Positions 1-7,066 of a stretch of DNA of 11,704 nucleotides are shown in pieces (the first letter of the stretch is position 1; each line of letters opens with the position of its first letter). The position numbers and the translations under genes were made by a program. The stretch is from Candidatus Odinarchaeia archaeon (GTDB lineage Archaea > Asgardarchaeota > Odinarchaeia > Odinarchaeales > Odinarchaeaceae), in the NCBI GenBank assembly GCA_029856525.1, contig JAHQXC010000040.1, positions 1 through 11,704 on the forward strand, read 5' to 3'. The notes beneath the pieces were generated by a model that was given only the letters and a program-made list of their open reading frames with translations, had not been told where the DNA came from and did not search any database.

Positions 1-804
1 GCTTTTAGTATCTTCAAGCTGACGGGTTAATTCTTCAATTCTCTCCCTGTCAGAGTTTAATTGACCCCCTCTTATTTTCTCATACTCCTGGTTCAGTTTA
101 TCTTGAAGCTCCTTTATTTTTTGTTTTAATAACATGTTTTCAGATTTAAGAGAGTTGAGCTCGCTTGTGCTAAATACGATCTCACCGCGTTCACTTTCAC
201 TTAGACTCTCTTGCAGCCGCTTCTGTAAACTGTCACGCTCCTCAGCTAACTTCGACGCCTCTCCTTGAATCTCGAAGATTCTTTTCTCAGATAGGTCTAA
301 CTGCCTTGTAAGATCGGCGACTTTAGTTTCAGCTTCGGAGAGGCGGTTTTTAATATTCTTTAGTAATGGGAGTATACTCTTCTCGAAGCGTTGCGATTCA
401 GCTAAGCGATTTTTTAAAAAGTAGATTTCTTCAATCACTAAATTATAGTCTTCGAGTTTTCTAAATAATTGTATGAATTCGTTTGAAACACTGATTATCT
501 GATTAATTCTATCAGAGCTTATATTATAGATTTCCTCGCTTCTTATATTTTGATCCTCTATGATATTAGAGTAATCTAGTAACAGTGCTTCCAGTCTTTC
601 AAGAGAGTTAAGTAATTTATCACCGTCTCTGACACTACTCTTCTCAATATGAGCTTTTAGCATTTTACAAAGCGCTATTAATTGCTTTATACATCCGCTT
701 AAAAAATTTCGATACTCCTCTAAATCTATCATAAATAGTTTAGATGTAAGTATGGAAAGCAGCGCCTTCAAACGGCCTATCAGAGATTCCGTAGATTGAT
801 CCAT
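1..804 (-). CDS. Hypothetical alpha-helical/coiled-coil protein, 3'-truncated by the window edge (at least 268 aa)
   Basis: Manual translation from the ATG at 804-802 (MDQSTESLIGRLKALLSIL...) gave no stop down to base 1. The later half is E/K/L/Q-rich heptad-like (LSEAETKVADLTRQLDLSEKRIFEIQGEASKLAEERDSLQKRLQE). Probably absent from the ORF track because its stop lies outside the window. No family recognised. Confidence 0.85.
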   Translation of the reverse strand, partial: MDQSTESLIGRLKALLSILTSKLFMIDLEEYRNFLSGCIKQLIALCKMLKAHIEKSSVRDGDKLLNSLERLEALLLDYSNIIEDQNIRSEEIYNISSDRINQIISVSNEFIQLFRKLEDYNLVIEEIYFLKNRLAESQRFEKSILPLLKNIKNRLSEAETKVADLTRQLDLSEKRIFEIQGEASKLAEERDSLQKRLQESLSESERGEIVFSTSELNSLKSENMLLKQKIKELQDKLNQEYEKIRGGQLNSDRERIEELTRQLEDTKS

Positions 805-890
805 TTAAATCACAACTATTTTTTCTTAACAGTTGATTAGACGAGTCGAAAATTTTAACTTTATTGTTATAATGGTTGGCGGTCTCAAAG

Positions 891-898
891 TTATAAAA
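891..898 (+). promoter_or_regulatory. Putative TATA box for atpB
   Basis: TTATAAAA preceded by CAAAG (BRE-like) in the AT-rich divergent intergenic region, about 55-60 nt upstream of the ATG at 952. Confidence 0.4.
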
Positions 899-951
899 AT
901 TAAAAAAGATTAAATAATGAATAATATAGTTAATTTTAGGAAGTGAGAGCG

Positions 952-2352
952 ATGGCTACTACCAGGTTAATAAGCAGAGAGTATCAGACTGTAAGTCAAG
1001 TAGCTGGACCGTTACTTGTCGTCGAAAAAGTGAAGGATGTAGCCTACTCTGAGCTGGTTAAAATAGTTACCCCGGACGGTGAAATAAGGAAGGGTACTGT
1101 TTTAGAAGCTACAAAAGATAAGGTTATCATCCAGGTATTCGAGGGCACTAGTGGATTAAATATAAAGAATACTAGCGTAGTCTTCACCGGAGAGACTTTA
1201 AAGCTCCCTGTCTCATCTGATATCTTAGGGCGTATTTTCAGCGGTAGCGGTGAACCCTTAGACGGGGGGCCGCAGATAATAGCAGAGGATTATTGGGATA
1301 TAAACGGCGCGCCTATTAACCCGTATGCTAGAGAGTATCCTAGAGAGTTTATTCAAACAGGCATATCTGTCATCGATGGTATGAACAGTTTAAGCAGAGG
1401 GCAAAAACTTCCTATATTCAGCGGTAACGGTTTACCTCATAATCGTATAGCCGCGCAGATAGCGCGTCAAGCTAAAGTTTTAGGTAAAGAAGAGGAGTTC
1501 GCTATCGTATTCTGTGCTATGGGTATAACCGCTGATGAAGCCGCTTATTTTAAAAATAATTTTGAGAAAAGCGGCGCTCTTGAAAGGTTAACCATGTTTA
1601 TTAATCTAGCAGACGACCCTGCTATCGAGAGAATTATCACACCTAGAATGGCGTTAACAGCCGCCGAGTATTTAGCATATGAGAAAGGGTTGAATCTTCT
1701 CGTTATTCTAACAGACATGACGAATTACGCTGAAGCTTTAAGAGAGATCTCAGCGGCTAGAGAGGAGGTTCCTGGTAGAAGAGGATACCCAGGTTACATG
1801 TACACTGATTTAGCTTCAATATATGAGAGAGCTGGTAGAATCAAAGGGAGGAAGGGGTCGATTACACAAATGCCGATATTATCAATGCCTCAAGATGATA
1901 TCACCCACCCGATTCCAGACCTCACCGGTTATATTACAGAAGGCCAGTTAATAGTTGATAGAAGCCTTCACAGGAAAGGAATATATCCGCCTATAGATCC
2001 TAGACCAAGTCTTTCAAGGTTGATGAAAGAGGGTATCGGTAAAAATATGACGAGAGAAGATCATCGAGAGGTCAGCGACCAATTATATTACGCTTACTCC
2101 ACAGGCTGTGATCTAAGAGATCTAGTAGCTGTTGTAGGCGAAGAAGCGTTAACTGATAGAGACAGATTATATTTAAAATTCGCTGATGAATTTGAAAAAC
2201 GGTTTATAGGTCAAGGCGAATACGAGGAGAGGAGTATTGAACAGACACTGGACTTAGCCTGGGATCTTTTAAGCGTGTTCCCTGATTCAGAGCTGAAGCG
2301 GATAGACCCGGAGACTATTAGAAAGTTCAGCCCGAAATATAAGGGAAGATAG
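952..2352 (+). CDS. atpB: A/V-type ATP synthase subunit B
   Basis: Subunit B motifs: [88 protein letters not shown]. The ATG at 952 is preferred over the track's GTG at 943 because AGGAAGTGAG just upstream looks like an SD. Confidence 0.97.
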   Translation: MATTRLISREYQTVSQVAGPLLVVEKVKDVAYSELVKIVTPDGEIRKGTVLEATKDKVIIQVFEGTSGLNIKNTSVVFTGETLKLPVSSDILGRIFSGSGEPLDGGPQIIAEDYWDINGAPINPYAREYPREFIQTGISVIDGMNSLSRGQKLPIFSGNGLPHNRIAAQIARQAKVLGKEEEFAIVFCAMGITADEAAYFKNNFEKSGALERLTMFINLADDPAIERIITPRMALTAAEYLAYEKGLNLLVILTDMTNYAEALREISAAREEVPGRRGYPGYMYTDLASIYERAGRIKGRKGSITQMPILSMPQDDITHPIPDLTGYITEGQLIVDRSLHRKGIYPPIDPRPSLSRLMKEGIGKNMTREDHREVSDQLYYAYSTGCDLRDLVAVVGEEALTDRDRLYLKFADEFEKRFIGQGEYEERSIEQTLDLAWDLLSVFPDSELKRIDPETIRKFSPKYKGR

Positions 2353-2361
2353 AAAGCATAA

Positions 2362-2390
2362 TCAGCGAACGCTGAGCACAGCAGTTTTTT
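2362..2390 (+). terminator. Hairpin plus T6 after atpB
   Basis: TCAGCG-AA-CGCTGA inverted repeat (2362-2375) followed by TTTTTT (2385-2390), starting 10 nt after the atpB stop. Confidence 0.55.
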
Positions 2391-2417
2391 ATTAAATAAT
2401 TTATTAAAATTAGTTTT

Positions 2418-4001
2418 ATGGAAAATCTTCGAGTCGAAGTAAACAATATATTGCAGACTATCTCTAAAAAATTTTATTTAAAACCAAACCTTGAGATAAG
2501 AGAGGTATTACTCTCAGAAGAAGAGTTGAATAATCAAGTTTATTTCGACGGTTCTAGACTTTACATAGCGCGTTCAGCTATAAACCAGCCTTTATTTAAA
2601 GAGTTTTTAATAAAAGAGGCGGCTAAAGCATTCCTACCTTTAATTTTATTTAACGTAGAGCGGGCGCAGGATTTCTGCTATTATATAACTTATAAGTTGA
2701 CTAAAAATAAAGGGGCGTGGTTAAAAATATGGGAGGCTAATTCACCTCCGATTTATACTAGAAATTTAACTTATACACCTCAATACGATCTCGCTCAAAT
2801 AGATAATATCACGGATGGTAAAGCTGTTAAAACGTTTCTCTCATTTTTTAATGAAGCTCAAAAATATAGGGATAAACTGAGTTTAGAAGAGTATTTACAA
2901 TTATATAATCTCGTTCAAAAAGAAATCTCTCCTAGAGTGTCAGAATTAGATTATAAGGTACTAACAGAGGTATATACTCAGGGTGCGCTAGACTATAATA
3001 TAATTTCTAAGAACACCGGGTTAACTGTTAAAAAAGTTAAGAGAACAGTATCTAGACTTAAAAAACATTTATGGCTTAATTTTTTAGCTTTCCCAAATTG
3101 GAGTAAAATAGGATTAGAATATATAATAGTTCTAGTTAACCCTGTTAACAATCAGATATTAAATCTTGTAGACGCGTTGATTAAACCATATGTAAGGATT
3201 ATCCACCAGCTTGGAGGAGGGGAGGCGACGAAAATATTATTTATCTGCACCCCTCCTTTTGGAACAATTTACGTGATTGAAAAATATCTTCGCATACTTG
3301 AATATGAAGGTTTGATTAAAGATTACATTATAATGAGACCTGGAAAGTTTATTCATTCAACGAACCTCGCTCTTTTAAATAATAAATCTTGGAAGTGGAG
3401 TTTAGAAGACGTTGATAAATCTCACCCGGCTTCTAGAATATATGAAATGGAGTTTTCCTATCATTCTCAAGCTCAGCGATTACTAGATAGAGAGGATATT
3501 ATAGTTTTATTTGAACTAGATCAAGCTGGTGGTCTTGAAGCTAATCTTACTAAGATTTCTAAAAAAACAGGGTTATCTAGAGCTAGAATTATTAAATCTA
3601 TTAAAAAGCTAGCAGCAGGAAACTATTATATAAGTTACCCTGTAATCTATCCTCCTTTACTTAAACTTTCTGAGACGCTGTTTACTATTGTTAAAACGAG
3701 CCGAGATGAGTGTAGAAGGGATCTTAAACAATTATTCTTGAAATTTCCGGACAACTATGTCTTCGAGTTAGATGATGGATTAGTGGCGGTTAGCCACGTC
3801 GCCTGGGAGTTGACTAATATTTTCAATATGGTTAGAAGACTTGTTTTGAATCTTGAAGGTGTTGAAGATTTGAAGCTGTTTTTCGAGTACGCTCACTATG
3901 GTAGTATGCCTCCCCCCTCCGAGTTTTTTAATGAAAAAGGCTGGGTTAACCCTGCTAAATTTTGGAGTAGACTTCCCGATGCTCAACCTCTCATAGGCTG
4001 A
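2418..4001 (+). CDS. Tandem Lrp/AsnC-like winged-helix regulator with an extra N-terminal domain (527 aa)
   Basis: Two Lrp-like HTH segments: SELDYKVLTEVYTQGALDYNIISKNTGLTVKKVKRTVSRL followed by PNWSKIGL (like the Lrp linker), and DREDIIVLFELDQAGGLEANLTKISKKTGLSRARIIKSIKKL. Each is followed by a beta/alpha RAM-like region. The first ~170 aa are unassigned. Confidence 0.7.
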   Translation: MENLRVEVNNILQTISKKFYLKPNLEIREVLLSEEELNNQVYFDGSRLYIARSAINQPLFKEFLIKEAAKAFLPLILFNVERAQDFCYYITYKLTKNKGAWLKIWEANSPPIYTRNLTYTPQYDLAQIDNITDGKAVKTFLSFFNEAQKYRDKLSLEEYLQLYNLVQKEISPRVSELDYKVLTEVYTQGALDYNIISKNTGLTVKKVKRTVSRLKKHLWLNFLAFPNWSKIGLEYIIVLVNPVNNQILNLVDALIKPYVRIIHQLGGGEATKILFICTPPFGTIYVIEKYLRILEYEGLIKDYIIMRPGKFIHSTNLALLNNKSWKWSLEDVDKSHPASRIYEMEFSYHSQAQRLLDREDIIVLFELDQAGGLEANLTKISKKTGLSRARIIKSIKKLAAGNYYISYPVIYPPLLKLSETLFTIVKTSRDECRRDLKQLFLKFPDNYVFELDDGLVAVSHVAWELTNIFNMVRRLVLNLEGVEDLKLFFEYAHYGSMPPPSEFFNEKGWVNPAKFWSRLPDAQPLIG

Positions 4002-4244
4002 ATTAGAGAATCCTTGAATTGACTTCTATAAGTTTAGTCGTTTAAAGCTTTCACCTATCATAAAAAACATTAGACTCGGTTCTTCTAAGAGATGTGGTTG
4101 TCAATCTCTTGAGAATAGTTTAAGAAATCTCCGAGTATTTAGAATCTATTTAATTTTATAGTTAATAAATTTAATTATAATCATATTTGTTAATTTAATA
4201 GCTGAATTTTTATAGTTTTATTAACACAAGATTACGGTGATATC

Positions 4245-4340
4245 ATGTACTCTGAGATCGAGCTGTTTAAACAAACTGAATTCGACCGCAAAGCATTGAT
4301 AAAAACAGGGTTCACATGGCCTGTAAGAGGGCCTGTGTAA
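4245..4340 (+). CDS. Small ORF, 31 aa (MYSEIELFKQTEFDRKALIKTGFTWPVRGPV)
   Basis: Archaeal SD GGTGA at 4236-4240, 4 nt before the ATG. TATA-like TTTTATAG near 4208-4215 and a T8 tract at 4349-4356 just after the TAA. This looks like a self-contained transcription unit in a 530-bp intergenic gap. Confidence 0.6.
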   Translation: MYSEIELFKQTEFDRKALIKTGFTWPVRGPV

Positions 4341-4346
4341 CCCTAC

Positions 4347-4365
4347 TATTTTTTTTAAAAAAATA
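4347..4365. terminator. Bidirectional T-tract terminator
   Basis: Near-perfect palindrome TATTTTTTTTAAAAAAATA gives T8 on + and T7 on -, lying between the convergent small ORF and the GTPase operon. Confidence 0.55.
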
Positions 4366-4534
4366 ATTTTCGTGTAGCAGCAGCTTCCGGTAAGACGGCT
4401 GCCTGCGGCTGTAAGCTTATAGGATTCAGCTAACAGAATGCTTAGAGTAAACTACCAGTCGAATTTATAATCGACTCCACGCGGCTATCTTAAATGAAAC
4501 TTTATCGCCTTCAAAAACCTGGATCCTTTATACG

Positions 4535-5098
4535 CTAAAAATTTTGGTGAAAGATCTTCTGTAAAAGCGTTTTAAAGCTTTCAACAATGTTAAAACCTGT
4601 AACAGCTACGCTTCTAATATAAACCGTGTTTTGATCGCTTTTCAAAATGGAGCGTAGCTCACTCTCAGAAACAACATCTTCTAAATCATACTTGTTTAAA
4701 GCGACTACAACAGGGATTTCCTTCTCAAATCGTTCACCGAAAAAAGATTCTAATTCACGCCAACTTCGAAGATTCTCGTCGATATATTTTCTCTGAGAGT
4801 CAGCTACAAATATTATTCCATCCACGTCTGAGAGCACTGTTAACCGTGTTTCAGCATAATAGTCTTGACCGGTTGCAGACCAGACTTCAACGTTGATAAC
4901 CCAGTCTCTCTGGTTAATAGAGATAGGGGCGTAGTCGAAAAATAATGTTCGACCTGTAGATGTCTCTAATGATCGGATAGATTGATTCGGAGCGATTTTC
5001 TCGAATAACTTTTTTAGCGAAGTTGTTTTACCGCTCATCGCCGGACCGTAGTAGACTATCTTAACAGCTATACGCTTATTCTTCCAATCAACCAGCAT
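4535..5098 (-). CDS. mglA: MglA-family small GTPase
   Basis: KIVYYGPAMSGKTT (G1), TGRTLFFDY (MglA switch I with intrinsic Arg), WSATGQ (G3-equivalent; TVPGQ in Myxococcus MglA), DGIIFVADS, NKYD (G4), SVAVTG (G5). Close match to the MglA signature. Confidence 0.9.
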   Translation of the reverse strand: MLVDWKNKRIAVKIVYYGPAMSGKTTSLKKLFEKIAPNQSIRSLETSTGRTLFFDYAPISINQRDWVINVEVWSATGQDYYAETRLTVLSDVDGIIFVADSQRKYIDENLRSWRELESFFGERFEKEIPVVVALNKYDLEDVVSESELRSILKSDQNTVYIRSVAVTGFNIVESFKTLLQKIFHQNF

Positions 5099-5101
5099 CT
5101 T

Positions 5102-6007
5102 CTACCCCCATAACCCTTCTATAATATCGCCTAGAGCGGAGAGCGCCCCCCTTCTCACATATTTATGGAAGTCTAACCCCCACTCCGCATATATAAAATC
5201 AAGTATTCGCGAAGCGGAAGCCCCATTATATTTAATCGAGTTTAATAGTGTTTTCTCTGAGATAAACCAGTCAATGTTAAATTCGTTTATAAGATCAATT
5301 CGAGTCAACAGGTAAAGAGCACGCCTACAGGCGTTAACGAAAAAGAATACCTGAGAGTTAAATAAGCTTTCTTTAAGCCCCTCCTCTTCAGATTCGAAAT
5401 TTAGAAGAGTTGAAGAGAAGATAGAGCTGATATTTGATCCGTAAATTTTATTTTTGAGAACTCGTTTAATCCGTTCTATAGAAGATTTTGATTCCGCTTC
5501 CACACTTTCTATTAAGTTTTTTTCAAACGATACGTCGAGTTGACTGTGCTGACGGTTGGAGGTTAATTCGACACTGCTATCAGAGTTTTTGAAAAATTTA
5601 ACAGTTAATATCACATGGTTATAGGCTTCAACATAGTTTAACAATTGTTGAAAATTCTTCTCATCCCCGCTTGTTGAGATCACCCATCCGCGGAAATCGT
5701 CGAAGCCTTCAAAGATATGTTTAACAGTATTAGAGAGAGCTCTGAAAACGGATCTAGGGCAGTCTATATCCATGCGCTCTAATTCAATAATACCATGATA
5801 TTCTTTAAGAGTCGCGAAATCGACTAGAAATACTCTCTCATACCTGTTAGGTATAAGCCTCATCATTAAGCTATTAAGATCATCGGCGGCCTTCTCGTCA
5901 TCGCTGTAAATAATTATCGGAATCCTATCTAACAGGCTTCTTAAAATTAAGGGAGCGGTGTCTCTTTTAACATATCCTCCAAGAGTTAAACTGAAGCGGC
6001 TCATCAT
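5102..6007 (-). CDS. Hypothetical protein with a DENN-core-like N-terminal motif (301 aa)
   Basis: Uninterrupted ORF coupled to both neighbours (ATGA overlap upstream, 3-nt gap downstream). SD GGTGAG sits next to the start, so the second ATG at 6004 may be used. LILRSLLDRIPIIIYSDDEKAADDLNSLMMRLIP resembles the cDENN pattern by eye only. The ORF is confident; the domain call is not. Confidence 0.6.
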   Translation of the reverse strand: MMSRFSLTLGGYVKRDTAPLILRSLLDRIPIIIYSDDEKAADDLNSLMMRLIPNRYERVFLVDFATLKEYHGIIELERMDIDCPRSVFRALSNTVKHIFEGFDDFRGWVISTSGDEKNFQQLLNYVEAYNHVILTVKFFKNSDSSVELTSNRQHSQLDVSFEKNLIESVEAESKSSIERIKRVLKNKIYGSNISSIFSSTLLNFESEEEGLKESLFNSQVFFFVNACRRALYLLTRIDLINEFNIDWFISEKTLLNSIKYNGASASRILDFIYAEWGLDFHKYVRRGALSALGDIIEGLWG

Positions 6008-6948
6008 CTCACCGTTAAAGTTTCAAAGATTTCACCGAATTCTAAGCTGGGGATAACGGGTTTAACGCTCTCCAATTTTTCAAGCAACTCGTTAAATGAT
6101 TTCACGTAGGATGAAAATAGAAGGCGGAGTAAACCTATCCTAGCATTGCTCTGTTTCTCAACTTCAGCGTATAATATCGCGTTTTTTAAACCTTGAATAA
6201 AAATAAATTCATTACTGTACTCGCCTATAATACTCTCCACAAAAGACCTTTTCAATATCCAGAATACTCTTCTAGCAGTATCGTAAAGAGAAAACGCCAT
6301 CGCGCACAGCGACTTGTCGAAGCGGCTATCAGATCTATCATATGAGGAAATCACGTAACCGTTATTTAAACTAATAAATGAGCGTGTGATTTCAGGTATA
6401 GATTTAACTATTGCTAAAAGCGAGTTATTAATTTCATCGGCAAACGATTCATCTAAAATAAAATTATATTTAGGAAGTGTTAAAGTCTGCTCGCCTTGAT
6501 ATTTGAGACTGAAATTTCTTAAAATATCCTCTACTTCCTCAGGTGTGAAGTTGATTAAAGGAGGTTTTAGAGCTTGAAAATTTGTTATCAACAGATTTTT
6601 GATCGCGTTTAAACTATTTTTAGCTTCAACATAAATCGCTCCTATATTAGTTTTCTTTTGAGCTGTAAGCGTTATAAAATATTCCTCTAACATAGGGAGA
6701 GGTGATAAAAAAATTTTAGCGGAGGTCCCCTCAATTAAAATATTGTTCAGTTTATTCGAAGAAAGCTGGTTTACAGTGGAATAAATAGCTGAAGCCGCTG
6801 AGCTGACACTGAACACTTCTCTTTTACTAAGCCAAACACCCGCGCTTGTAATAGGATACCCGTCTTTTTGAGTTAAAACAACGTTTTCAACACCTGGAAT
6901 ATTTTTAATATTTTGCAGGTGAAGTTTTAATAAATCATCGTTATACAT
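6004..6948 (-). CDS. Tandem roadblock/LC7 (MglB/LAMTOR2-like) domain protein
   Basis: N-terminal roadblock: LQNIKNIPGVENVVLTQKDGYPI...SSAASAI...LNNILIEGTSAKIFLSPL...NIGAIYVEAKNSLNAI. C-terminal roadblock: IVKSIPEITRSFISLNNGYVISS...LCAMAFSL...VESIIGEYSNEFIFIQGL...RIGLLRLL. Adjacent to an MglA-type GTPase. Confidence 0.85.
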   Translation of the reverse strand: MYNDDLLKLHLQNIKNIPGVENVVLTQKDGYPITSAGVWLSKREVFSVSSAASAIYSTVNQLSSNKLNNILIEGTSAKIFLSPLPMLEEYFITLTAQKKTNIGAIYVEAKNSLNAIKNLLITNFQALKPPLINFTPEEVEDILRNFSLKYQGEQTLTLPKYNFILDESFADEINNSLLAIVKSIPEITRSFISLNNGYVISSYDRSDSRFDKSLCAMAFSLYDTARRVFWILKRSFVESIIGEYSNEFIFIQGLKNAILYAEVEKQSNARIGLLRLLFSSYVKSFNELLEKLESVKPVIPSLEFGEIFETLTVR

Positions 6949-7066
6949 ATTATTAACACCGTGACGCGGTTAAAGGATACTACTTAAAAGTTCACAGAAG
7001 TGTGTTAAAGTAAATATTTAAATTCAGCTTACTATTATTGAAGCGCTTAACAGCTAGGTGAAATCC

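Noticed and set aside
3780-3986. 68-aa minus-strand ORF from the track
   Set aside because: Entirely antisense to the 527-aa gene with no recognisable motif; shadow ORF.
4341-4433. Readthrough or frameshift extension of the 31-aa ORF into RVAAASGKTAACGCKLIGFS
   Set aside because: Two in-frame TAA stops (4338 and 4356) and a terminator-like T8 intervene; the downstream stretch has no start or SD.
4371-4534. SECIS element or H/ACA RNA in the GTPase 3' region
   Set aside because: No in-frame UGA in the upstream genes and no SECIS core. Two minus-strand hairpins are followed by ACA but lack a bilateral pocket and a K-turn.
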